Made by a program: the position numbers and the translations under genes. This document shows positions 24,374 through 37,078 of a stretch of 56,989 bases of DNA, in pieces (the stretch's first letter is position 1; the number at the start of each line of letters is the position of its first letter). Origin of the DNA: Ancylonema sp. (lineage: Eukaryota); the NCBI GenBank assembly GCA_050230475.1, contig JBFLGF010000219.1, positions 1 through 56,989 on the forward strand, read 5' to 3'. Below the pieces are notes generated by a model that was not told the DNA's origin, did no database searches, and saw only the letters and a program-made list of their open reading frames with translations.

Positions 24374-25656
24374 GGGACAAACAAGTCCACAAGGGACCAC
24401 ATAATGGTCGAACATAAAGAACACTCTAACATGAAGACCCTCATCGAAATTGTCCTCTACTACAGTTTAGCATTGTTTTTTTTCCAAACTACTAGGACTG
24501 AGGTCAACTTCAATATTAATGCCTCTATAAGTCTGCAAGATAGTAGAAAAAAGGGAACACTTACCTAGGAGGCGCAACAAAAGTTGAATTTTGTGGTGTT
24601 TGAATTATCACAAGCTTGTTCGAGTTTGTGACCAAAACTATTTGTATCGACATGATTCTGGTGCCTTTGCTGAATATTTCACGCCAATATGCATCACCAC
24701 TGTTCATTTCACAACCCCCCATTCCATGACAAACTCCAATGACTCCTGGGAGCATCATCTTTGTTGCGAATTCCTTTGATCATACTTAGCCATAACACAC
24801 CTAGATAGCATGTCCGGCTTATTCATCGTCAATTTGAATGTATTTACCTTTCCATACCTTCTTACATATGGAAAGCTTTTTGGATGTACTTGTTGCCTAT
24901 GGAATCTATTGGGAAGCACCCTTCGCCTTTGGGTTGTATTGTCCAATTTCAATGCCTGCATTTCTAATCGAACAAGGACCATAAATACTTCGTGATTCTA
25001 TTTCATGCTCCCCACCTTTTTTATTGTCACACGAAATTGTAGACTAACTCCTTTCATAAATAGTTTCAAGGGGTGATATCTAATCTATTATTCGGGCAAA
25101 ATTTATGGCTGACGTGACTGCTGTAATGACTGCATGTGTATGGGCACTTTACTAGATTCTTGAGTTGTGATTGGTGCGATCCATAGCCATGGATCCATTA
25201 GTGGGGCGGGGGCGGGGGCGGGCTGGTCTTGGGATGGGAGGGGAGGTCACCCTCCTCTCCGCCATCACTGCTGAACGGGGCCTCCTCCTCCACCAATACC
25301 TACGAAAGTGGGAAGCCAGATGTGAGTGAGCGTGTGGTTCACGGATGGGGGTTTGCAAACCAGCCATACTATTCAACACTCCACGGTGGTATTGGATGGG
25401 AGTAGTGATGTAGAATATGGACTCACTCACCTCTGGCTCGGTCGAGGCGGCGGTGTGTGGGGGGGGGGGAAGTTGGAGAGGAGGAGAGGGCAATCATGGG
25501 GGGGGGACGGTCATAGCTCTCGCCCCCACGCGTGGGCGAGGGGAGGTGCGGGGGCGTGGAGGGTTGAGGGGGGATGGGGGTGAAGGGGGTCGGTTCCATG
25601 GGTGGTGGGGAGGGGGGAGGTGATGGTGATGTGGGTCGGGAGGGGAAGTGGTCCTT

Positions 25657-27230
25657 GCATTTACAGAGTATTATGGTTTGTGCTTCACACACCTTTCGCG
25701 CCAATGCCGCTACTTTGTGTGGCCCCATTTCAGCAAAATCTTCCATGGGAACCACCGTCATGCCCCACTCCCTGCTCATCATGCGAGAAGAGGACACAGG
25801 GCCACGAATCCCGATCTGGATTGTTCTCTTGGGGTGAAGCAAGCCCTCCTCCACCGCATTGCTGAAGGGAGTGCCGTTCCAGAACTGCCATCCCCTTCAC
25901 ACACCACCCATGTGAACACCCTCAACTCACAAAGGGATGCACGCAGGACAGCGCCGTACCTTAGATCCCATGCTCTCCTGGGATTCATTAGTGTCTGACG
26001 TGTCCATGTGAGCATCCAGGTGCACCATGCCCACAGGGCCGTGTTTCTCTGCCAGCGCCCTCAGTATGGGCAGCGTGATGCTGTGATCGCCGCCAGCAGT
26101 GAGCGGAAATATGCCTCGCTGGCAGATGGGGCGGTAGAAGGCCTCCATCTCGCGGTGGGCACTCTCCACTCCAGACCAGGGATGCTCCGACCACACATCC
26201 CCCACTGAAGACAGGAGTCAGGTCTGAGGTCTGTGTGCTACCAGAGGCGTATGTGTGACTCACCATCTGCAATCTTGCAGAGAGAGTAGGGAGAAATGCC
26301 GGTGGATCCATGGATTTTGCGTAGCATACTCGACTTGTTGCGGATTTCACGAGGACCGAATCGAGTGCCGGGATGGCTGGCGCCCCCATCAAATGGAACA
26401 CCAACAAGAGCAATGTCAAGCTACACAAAGGGATGGACATATGAAAAGTCAGAAAATGCAGTTGTCACAAAAGTGCATCAATTTGACATGTATCCTAGAC
26501 TCTTAAAATTTGGCAATGTCAATGCAGACATTTACCCAAGGCAAGTTTATTTTCGATTCTTCATATCCAAGGATACGCAAATTGCAGAGTGGATAAGACG
26601 AGCAGAGTAAGGAAAAAAACTGTGTATGGAACTTATCGTGAAGTACAATGATATTTAAAGGATTGAGTCACTGGTAACATCGGACCGGCATCGACGATAT
26701 TGAATTCCAGTCACGTGCATAATGTCTTGTCACCATGAACTACAAAATTGCCAAGGCCGGACGAACAGCAAAATGTCATTGACACCAGAGCTAGAAGGTT
26801 CTTCACCTCCATAGTATGTGTTCTCTCCTTCCTCGACATTCATGAGGAGCAGCGATATCATTTCTTTGTGTCCATTTTAATATGATAATTCTCTTATTTT
26901 ATTTTATTTTTGCACTCATACAGATTAAGGCCGGACCCTGACCTCATCCAAATTCTCAGCCAGTGGTGCCTTCAGCAGAGTGGGAAGGCCAGAAAACTTG
27001 GGAACTCCATGAAACAATGGTTTCTGCCAGCGATGCAATTCCAGCGATGCTGGAGGGGAAGGTGAGCTGGAAAAGAATCTAACGTAGAAGCATGCATCCA
27101 GCTTGGGAATCAGGGCAGAGGTATCACTAGCGTGGCGCTGGTCCGAACAATGGATTCCCGGGACCACGCGATAGCAGTTATAGCTTTTCAGCCGCGAACC
27201 TACCCGATTAGCTATCTTCCTATATGTCAT
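25657..27230 (-). pseudogene. Ureohydrolase copy C, diverged paralog truncated in intron 4
   Basis: Exons 27230-26943, 26420-26264, 26204-25960, 25884-25693 are intact. At 25656/25657 intron 4 joins the duplicated block, so exons 5-6 (DxD metal motif) are absent. Confidence 0.88.
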
Positions 27231-27895
27231 GTTTGATATCAATTCAATTCACCCTCATTACTGACTCATAGACTAAAACGCTTGTACGAAGAGACAGTTG
27301 TGTATGTACCAAAGAAGATTGGGTTACAGCTGTGTGCTGATTTCTGAGCAGCTCGACAGGCTTTCATCAGCTGAGTTGCTGTAAGCCTATGTGCCTATAT
27401 AACGATAGTTCGAAGCTTTCGTCAATACTAGAAAGATCTTGTTTATAAAGAGGGGTCTGTATTTGCAAAAAGCATCTCTGATTTTTTTTTATTTTTTATT
27501 TTATCTCTGATTGGTTTACTTTCCGACTTTGATATAAATCAGTCCAAAATCGACGCGGAAGCAGCCGAGGTTCTTGCTGGCTTGACGCAGTGCCTCTCGC
27601 TCTCATGAGACTGCAAAAATTACATCCCTCGCCTACGAGGCCAGCGAGGGGTGAGGTACGGCACGTGATCTAATATCCCGAAATTTGATGCGAAAGGGTC
27701 TCAGGTAACCTCTGCAAGGTACCTCTGCATACTTTTATTTAATAAATGCTGGAAATTGGGCCCCGTGTGGCATACGACGGCATTTTCATCGGGGCTTGGC
27801 GCTCGTGTCCACCTTCGACTCCAAGCCAAGTGTTCAGATTTATTTCGAGAGTACATACTTCGCCCATCACCTTTTTATTACCAGCGTCGGCGTAG

Positions 27896-28314
27896 ATGGA
27901 CTTCAATCAGAGAATGATGCTTTTGACAGCAGCAGTAGTTGTGGTGACGGGAGCGGTGCTCGTGACAGCGGATTATGGAGCCGAGAAAAATATCTTTTCT
28001 GATGTGAGGGCTCCCTACTGGTTCTGATCTGAGGCGATACATTGAGATCATACGTATCTCGTGTGAGTCTCTTGCATGCCTTCATCTCAACCTGTTCCAG
28101 TCGTGCACGAATCTAACAATTCATGACGATTCGTTCACACTCGCTTTGTTCCACTGCATACTCCCGACTGCAGGCAAGCAGATTCGCTAGTTTGACTTGG
28201 AAACGGATGCTGCAACCTACGGCTGGAGAACTAGAAGAGCTAAAGAGGCGTGGTGGCCATACAAGTGTGAGCTCACAAGAGAGTCACAATGGAAAGGAGA
28301 GAGAGGACGCTTGA
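27896..28314 (+). CDS. 82-aa microprotein, copy C (diverged)
   Basis: Exons 27896-28003 (MDFNQRMMLLTAAVVVVTGAVLVTADYGAEKNIFSD) and 28174-28314, with the same splice sites as copy A. Confidence 0.82.
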
Positions 28315-29047
28315 GGGACAAACAAGTCTGTCATTGTAGCACGTGTCAATGGTGTTTACGGAAGGAGCGACATTGATATCTTTCTTTCACAATCCTTGTC
28401 TCATGGGTGGGATTTTGAAAACGAAGTGTGTTTTCGGTTGGTCGAGAATAACATTGTGTTTAGCACCTCACTTGCTTTGATTGAGTGAATCAGTGAGGAC
28501 ATCTTGTATGGGGTTTCGCGGTGACCACATAATGGTCGAACATAAAGAACACTCAGACATAAATCTCTCTCTCGGACATTCATTCGCTTAAAATAGATTA
28601 AAATAAAATCGATCTTGTCGGATTGCTCTAGAAATGTGGATTGCACTTGATTATGGCAATGACCTTCGTGTTCGGAACATCAGCACCAATTTTCAATTCG
28701 CAACACTGGAAATTCGGGATGGTGTTGCACTTGTGACGTGCGCGTTAAATCCGTAATGTTATGTTACGTATCAAGCACTTTCGCGTCATCAATCTTCTTC
28801 AATATCCTATGTGATGAAGGAAAGAAAACTCAAAGTAAGAAATATGTTGGGGGCTCCATCGCAATACGAAAAATGTGCCTATAGAAAAATAACCATATAA
28901 TAAACCGAGCTAAGTGCACTAGCCAAGACTAGTGACGACATGTAACTCCGAAGAAGAAAGCGGGGCACGCAACGGTGGGGGAGGTAAGAAAGCCATAGAC
29001 TCCTCAAGATGCAAGAATCTAGCCTGAACCTAGCATGAAAGGAATGA

Positions 29048-29099
29048 GCTAACGACCGCTAACGACCGCTAACGACCGCTAACATCCGCTAACGACCGA
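29048..29099. repeat. 10-bp tandem repeat (GCTAACGACC)n
   Basis: About five units, one of them variant. Confidence 0.9.
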
Positions 29100-29670
29100 T
29101 AAAGGTGATAATACGTGATACTACATGTGAATGATTTTTGCTCCAAGGTTCTCCTCCGGTACATCCATACATGATCCCCTCTATACGATAGTGAGGGAAG
29201 CACACAAAAAAGAATCTCTCCCCTCCTTGAAACTTTATGATAAACAATTCAACAGTATGACACCGTGAACGAGTTGTATCCATTAATCTCCTTCTCCTAT
29301 CCCTCTGTACACCAAAGCAATAGTGGGCATGCTCCCGACGGAGTAACAAACGCAAATTAGTGATATGCACATCAATCAACAGCATTGAAAAACACATTTC
29401 AACCACATGATTTCCAAATAATCAACATTTTCCAGATTTGTTGAGTCTCGAGAAAGGACGTGTGTACTAAATGCATGGAGGTCGACCCAGCTCGCACCTA
29501 TCTCTTCCACTACCCGCCTTATAATATTACCTTGTAAGCTGTTCAATACTTAATTTAAGGTATCACATGCAAATAATATTGTAACATGCTGGCATATTAC
29601 ACATGTAGGATACCAAAACGACATCATAATGGTTCTCACCCGAGTTCCACTCTTATGACAACAAGCCTCT

Positions 29671-32600
29671 CTACATCTGAGGGCGGGTTTGCACCACATA
29701 GAGTTCACCGTTCTTGATCACCCCTTCAATGTCTTGAGCCGATCCAAGAGCTTTCTCAATCTCGTCTCCCGCCTTTGCAATCATAGTGAGCACCTTCTTT
29801 TGAAACTCCTTGTCCAAGCTCAGCGCGTCTGTGGAATAGTCCACCACCCTCTCTTCCTCGTGGTCCATGGGCACACTGTCATACAGCCCAGCTCCAGCAT
29901 AGCCCTCCAAATCCTCTCCATTGGAGTCGGAGCGGAAGATAATGGATTGTTTTATGAACAGACCCACCCTCTTGCTGGGGTACCCCATGACCTTGGGGGA
30001 ATCGATAGCATTCTTCTTGGCCACAAAACTGAGGGCTCGCCCCGAGTATGCGCCCACCAGAGTCTCTCCCAGCCCCTTCACCACCTCTGCGTAGATCTCA
30101 GTTGGGTCCTCCGTGGATGGGTTGGTGGTGTGGATGACGAATGCGTAGTCTGCCTGCACCACCTCCTGCACCAGCACGGCCATGGACAGGTCCGAGTGGT
30201 CCAGCTTCACCTTGCGCGTGCTGAAGTAGGCGCGCTCGTTCCACTTGGAGGCCCACACGCGGGTGATGGCGCTCCATGCCTGACCCCACCTCTCCTCACC
30301 CTCATCCGCAGGCCAAGGCATGCCGGAGGAACTCATGGCAACCTTCAGCTCCGACACCTGAAGGGAGGGGAGAAGAGAAGTGGGTTAGAAGAGTCCTTCC
30401 CCTACCATACCTGCATGGCTGAGGGTCTGAGTGTAGTCACCAGCTTCTCAGGCGCTTTGAGGCCCAGCACTGTCTCGCGGATGGTGGGGAGAAGGTGGAA
30501 GTCGCCAGCTGCTAGCTGCTGAATGAGTTTCTCCACTTGGGCGGCCACTTCCTGCACCACAGTCACATACATCGCGTCAGGCCACAGACACTGTGCACTC
30601 ACTCCCATGGCATAGTGTACGTACCTTGTTGATGGGATCCTTGAGCACAGCATCGAAGGACCCAAAGGGGAGAGCCACCGAGGTAGGCAGGTTGATCCAG
30701 TCCGGCAGTTTGCCGCGCAGCCCAGCAATGTTACGGGACTTGGCTCCCACCAGCTCCGGCTCAAACTCGTCTGCCACCACCGCAAACTTCCCACCGAAAG
30801 TCTTCTTTGCAATGGACAGTCCCTCAGGAATGTCATCCTCCTCTGACCCACCACCAGCGCCTGCCACCTCGCTGTCCGGAATTACACTGCAACACGCACA
30901 CACACAACAACACGCAGAAATCACACACTGCCTGCAGAGTATCAGAGGGGAGGGGCAAGGAGTGAGTGTTGCTTCACCTGAACCCAAGGTCAGCGGTGGC
31001 AGAGGGGTTGAGCTGCAGAGCCTTCTTGTCCATCCCCCTCAGCTCTGCCAGCACCCCCTCATCGAAGCATGTGGCAAAGCACACCTTGCTGTTCCTGGCT
31101 CGCACGGACACGTGAGATAGGATGTCGGGCATGTCTGGAGTCAGCAACCCCACCACCCCGTCCGGAATCTCCTCCTCCCCTCTCACTCGCCCTGCCACGA
31201 TGATGGTCGGTCGGGTGTACACCTTGTCCTGAACTGTGCCCAGGTCGTCCACCACCTCCACAAACCCCTTCACTGCCTCTGGGCTGATGACCTGCCAGCT
31301 GCCCATGTCTGCCGCAGCGCGAAGCACGGGGTCCAGGCGGTTGAGGAGCAGGGAGAGGGAGGCAGCGGTGCCTGATCGAACCATTTCCTCTGTGAAAATG
31401 GACACCACCCACTCGTCCACGTTCAGCTTCGCCCCCAAGTACTCTGCCGAGGGTTGCAGTATCTCGTGGTAGTGCTCCGCCTTGTCGGCCAGAGCCAGGC
31501 GGGTGCGGTCCAGCACAGCCTTGGAGCGCAGGGCCCAGTCTGAGGCGCCATCATTGCATGCGGCGGTGACTGTCTCCCAGTCCTTGAGGCAGTACACCAG
31601 CTCCTCGTTTGTGTCGCTGGACAGGCACAGGTTTTCCACCACCAGTCGCACCATGTACATAAGCTCCCCTGCCCCCGCCCCTGCCAGGCTCTCCAGGCTC
31701 CGCTCCACTGCCGTGCGCACTGTGCTGTCCAGTGCCAGGTCCAGGAATATGATGTCCTTCAGTCGGTCGTGGGTGTTGAGGAGGGAGGGACGCAGCTCCT
31801 GCCTCGCCTCCACCAGCCCCTCCAGCAGCGGCACTATCTGCTTGTCCTCCACGTGCTCCAGCACAAACTGGAGGCGGTTGGGGAGGTTGCTGGACAGGCC
31901 GCCAATGGGGTGGATCTCCACACTCTTCATGAAGTCCTCCGTGGCGTCCTGGTTGTACCCCATGCACTTGGCAACAGCCGACTCCAGATCCGCTCCGGAA
32001 TGCACGGCCTTGAGGGACTTCATGTAGTTGGCCAGATCGCGGAGGAGTCCATCCTTCTGGTCTGCACGCAGCTTCGGCTCAGAGACAATGGGTCGATCGT
32101 AGCTGGCCAGTCGCTCCTTGGACACGCCGTTGGTGGTGAGTGTCTGCCAGTACACGTCCATGTCGAAGTCTGCCGCAATGTGGTCCAGTAGCGCCTGGCA
32201 GATGACGACGTCATCGGGGCTGGTGTTGTTGTGCAGCTTCTGATGCCACTCCTCCATCATGCCACCCTTGCAGTCGTTGGCGCGCTGAATCACAAGGATC
32301 TCGTCACGGATGCGCTGACCCACGTCACCCTCCCCTCCACGTCCCACCGTCATCATGATCATGCGCACAAGCTCACGCAGGTGAGGCTGCTGCTCGTAAA
32401 TCTTCTTCAACTCATCCGTGCATCTGTCTTGGGCGGCGCTGATCTCCCTGCAAACACCAAAGGGCATGTGATAGTATGATGAGAGGATGTCTTTCAGATA
32501 ATGCACCAATGGTTTCCTTGTCCCACCCCTGCCCTCTGCCACGCACCTTGGCTTCACGTTGTAATTCTTGTTCCAGATGAGCTGGCGGGTGGCCATGAAC

Positions 32601-35600
32601 CGGAACCACACCAGCACCGCAGCCAGTCCCAACTCCCCTTGCCCTGAGGCTTGGGCTGCAACGCCAGCACCAATGTTGAACCTGCCACACAGACCAGGGC
32701 CAGGTGTGAGCACCAAAGTAGACATACACACTGTACATATCACAGACAGGAACAGTTGAGAGGTAGCAAAGGCTATACCTGTGCATGAGGGAGCGTTGCG
32801 CCTCTGTCTCCTCATCTGCAATGGTATCCAGAAGTGCCTTTGCAGTGCCACTGCCATCCCCAACGTCCTGCACACCCCCCAACCACACCAACTTCACTTC
32901 CCATTCCCAACCCTAAACCCCAAGCAGAGGTGTGTTGCCTGACAGGGGTCTGACCTTGACAGGTGCTGTCGCCCTGGCTGCCGCGTAGAAATCCATCCCC
33001 ATGTCTTTGTACCAGTTGCTGCCAGCGTTGATGACAAAGGACAGCCCCCTGTACTGCTTCTTGTCCGACCCGAACTCGGTCTCTGTGAACTGGACAGGGA
33101 AGGGGAGGGGAGGGGAGAGACATTGGTACCACAATCCACAACCCAAACCGCACCCTGCTAGACCTTCCTAACCAGACTGGAGGAGTCCCCTGCAAAACCT
33201 GCGGCAAAGGGTGCCTCAGCACCTCCCTGCACCGCCACGGGGGTTGTTTGTTAGAAACATGTCACACCCTCAGTCGGAATGAGTTCTGCGCAGATTGTCT
33301 GGAACTCACCTCCCACCCGCCTCCCTTGCTCTTCACAAATCCGTAGTGGAGAGTGAGAGAGCCCGGGATGGTGCTCGCCACATACACCTTGGATGCCTCG
33401 CCTTCGGCCACAGCCAGGACCAGCACCTGATCTTCCCCAAACTTGTATATCTTCCTGCTAACCACCTCCCCTACATCTTTCTCCAGGAACACCTCAACAG
33501 CCTTCTCCAATTTGGTAGGCTCACGAGGTGGCGGTAGCTCCACACTGCCCCCCTTGCCAAAGTTATTGATAAGCGACGAGTAATCCCTACCCTGCCTCTC
33601 TATTTTGTTCTGGCTATATTCCTTCCTTGGTGGTGGGGGAGGGGGTGCAGTGGCCTGAGAGCCACCGGTGAGGCGCTTCCTCAGCTCATCTACGCTCACT
33701 CCACTCGCAAGCTCCCTCTGAAGCTCCTTCTTAGCTTCCTGGCTCTCAGCCTGCCCAGTTTCCATCCCCCCAAGATCAGTAGACAGTCCATAACATGGAT
33801 CCAAGTCTCAACACCAAGTTGCACACCAGAAGCAGCTGGGGCAGACAAGGGGGGTGCTGTTTCACTTGCCTCCTGCTTCTCCGGAGAGTAGTTCTGCTTG
33901 CCATTCCTCTCCCATCGAATGTAGGACTGGATCGACAGCAGGTCTTCAGGTACAGCAACGTCAGCTTCGCTGTGCTCCTCGTTACTGCTGCTGCTACTTC
34001 CTCCACCACCAAGCAACCGCTGTCGCAGCTCATCTACACTCGCATCTCCACTTGCAACTTCCATCTGCAGCTCCAGCCTCCCTTTCTCATACTCCTCCTA
34101 TACCATCCCTCCCACAACCAGCACCACTGTTAGTATGTGAGGAAACGTATGAGAGAGGACAGAATGAGCCCTCTCCTGAAGCACTATCAACGATGCTAGA
34201 AGTCCCATTCTCAAATGCATGCCAAACATAGAAGATCATAGATGCACGTGTATACACATATGCATGAATACCTTCTCTTGCTCTGTAGAGTAATTCTGCT
34301 TGCCGTTCCTCTCCCACCGCAGGTAGGCTTGGACATTCAGGAGTTCAATGGGGATGACAACAACGGAGGGATCGATGGGTGCAGTGGATGGTGGGATGGC
34401 CACTCGAAAGTTGGTATCACCGTTTTTCAACCTACAAGGAAACAAACGAAGAGATGTCGACAAAACTTGTGAACACGAGGAGGTTCTGAGGAATATTTCC
34501 GGGCAAAAGGCATCAGAAAGAGAACAAAAACTTAAAAAATAAACAATACCAGAGCTACAAAAATTGAGGTCCAAATTCAGACGACCCTTACCATGTGTTT
34601 GTCTCCTCGTCCTTGAGTGTAAACTCCACAGCATCGAATCTTCCTTCCAGCTGAATCTTTAACACACTCACATCCCCTTGCTGCAAACATAGAACAACAG
34701 CCAAAGGGACTGAGAATGGCTGCAGATCTTCTTTCGGTTGTGAAAAAGATCCTACTCCTCCACTCACACTGTCTTCCTGATATCGTACCTGCCGCTCTTC
34801 TCTTCTCTTCTCGAAATCGTATCCTAACATTATTTTCTTTCAAATCCAGTGCCCTCTAGTCTGGACAGACAACTGCCAAAGAGGAACAGCAATATCTAAT
34901 ACCTTGGAGAAAAAAGACTGGAGCGCTCTATTCTTGTGCCTTCGCGTGCCCTCTGGAGTGACCCCTGGCAACGTCCATTCACTGCAGCAGGGATTGAAAT
35001 GATTGATTAGATGAGGACATGCCAAAAGTATTGGCTTGGCATTAGTCAGAAGACAAAATTGGAGATACATTGCGATATCACAACTTCCATACCTTTTTCC
35101 AGCTTTGATAGCTCCCCAGTGAGCCAACAATCTGGCATTCACAAGCGGGCCATCAGATATTTTCAGCTCCACGTAGGCTTTCTCATCTTTTGTTGCTCCA
35201 CTGGATGATACCTGCCTCTCCACATTGATTCTGTCAGGCCATGGATTCAGAGAGGATCTCTCACAGATCACTCCACCCCATCTTGCTGGTTGCATCGGCG
35301 TGCTTCTGAAGTTGCATAACATTAACCAGGTGCATTCGTCACTGTCTGTCTTTACCTCTAATTTGCTGCCATCTTCCAGGGTGATCGGCGCAGCCTGCAT
35401 TACCAGGGTGATCGATTCAGTATCGCCGATCTTAAAAAACGTGGAAGAAGATGCAACAACTATGTCGCTGCAGCAAGACAAACATCCCCTTGATGATCTA
35501 AAGCCCTCGATGCTTTCGTGCCCGACAATTTCAGATGGTGCAGATCAGCAACATTGCTAGCGCATGCATCAATGCAGAGGCTCATGAGCTACCATAGGTG

Positions 35601-35859
35601 GTGCCTCTGTTGCCACCGCTGCTCTGGCGCCAGATGATCTCTGTGAACGTCGCTGTCTCCGGAAAACACTTGCGGCGCGACTGACGGATCCACCGGCAAG
35701 AAACGAGGAGCGGGCGCTATTGCTGGTAGCCTTGAGAGTCTGCGTGGAGGTTACAGCACTGAGAACAACGGGGCTTCTCTGTACGGTCTCTTCCGGCCTC
35801 AAACGCGGTACAGCGCTTGAGGACGCCTTCAGCAAGGCAGATGTGCAAGGGATGGCCAT
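29671..35859 (-). CDS. GWD1: Alpha-glucan, water dikinase (plastid), about 16 exons
   Basis: Ser/Arg/Ala-rich transit peptide (35859-35593), CBM45-like exons, two QxYxRWERNGKQNYS repeats, WNKNYNVKPREIS, WHQKLHNNTSPDD, phosphohistidine motif PDILSHVSVRARN, FRSDSNGEDLEGYAGAGLYDS, terminal VQTRPQM. Exon boundaries near 33173-33226 are uncertain. Confidence 0.96.
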
Positions 35860-37078
35860 TGCCTCGATTGGCGATCACGAATTAGCAATGGCGTGACTGT
35901 TTGTAGATCCTACTCCCTTCGATCGCTGTTAACACCAGTCTACACTCACTCCTGGCTGGACAGAGATATGTCTCCAATACTACCGTTTCCACACGATATT
36001 TTGGACGTTAGGGGTACCGTAGTACCGGGGAAGACGAGGATGGGAGTTGCAGGTTGCTCCAGTCACGTCGGACTGGAGCAAGTGTAGTCTTGACAAGTGT
36101 AGTCTTCATTGCATAACACGTGACAAGCGATGGCTTTCGTAACAATGAAATCGTATCTTGTTTGTGTGATCACTGTACTCGAGCGGTGTATCTAATTCAA
36201 TCTCACTCAGCTTTGACAAATGATTACGGAAGTTGATACGTGTCAGTCATTCATTGCAAGTAGGATGCTAGGGATTCAGCGCACTTCGATATCGGCAGTT
36301 GTTTTGTCTGGCAAGATCGCGTTTGTGTGTCGTTTGCCCGCGTCGGTGCGTTGAATTTTATGGAACCAAATCGGCTGGGGTCGAGTAGGTGGCCTCCGCC
36401 CGCCTCTTTCTGCAGGTGAGGGAAGGCCAAACGCGGGGGGAATGCTAGGAAAGGGCCCATCCGCATTTGGGCGATTGGGAGTCGTCTGGCTTACATGTTG
36501 CAATTGGTCATCTCCATCATTTGTCAACAAATGTTCGTCATGAGACGAGTTTTTTCATGTTTAAAATCATGCATATACACACGATTTATAACATGAAAAA
36601 ATCCGTCTTCCAAAGTGTTTTTGGTGATGATGATAATAATGACTTGACTAAGCATGACTGAGAGCATGCATTAAGACATACTCATGGCATCGCCATCTTT
36701 CTAGGCTTCGCCATCAATACAACTACAGTCTCGCAAAGAAACACAATGGCTCACCATCCACAATATCGACTCACAAGATTCACGAGATCACGATTTCACA
36801 CGATTTTCTCATTTGACATGATTCTAGCGAGTCACCGGTGCAGAGTGTCTACGCGAGACGTATGGAAAATTGCCATCCTTGTGCGAACACTCTAGTAGAT
36901 GGCACGCAACTACATGTACATACGATAATCACAATTATACCAATCATTAGCAAGTCAACAACAAAATTGAAGCTTCACGAAGCCCAAAACACAATATTGC
37001 AGACGCATCGAGTGACAAATAGCGGCACGGTTCTACACCCGAATGACATGAATGGCAGCGTCTCATACATGTGTACCG

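Larger units (their letters stand above)
23116..25656. repeat. Segmental duplication unit 2
   Basis: Near-identical to 19661-22207. Confidence 0.95.

Noticed and set aside
29048..29099. Short repeats as a CRISPR-like array
   Set aside because: Head-to-tail 10-mers with no spacers, no cas genes, and a eukaryotic context.
33600..34431. Duplicated RWERNGKQNYS module in GWD as a novelty
   Set aside because: Plant GWD1 proteins are known to carry this repeated segment between the CBM45 domains.
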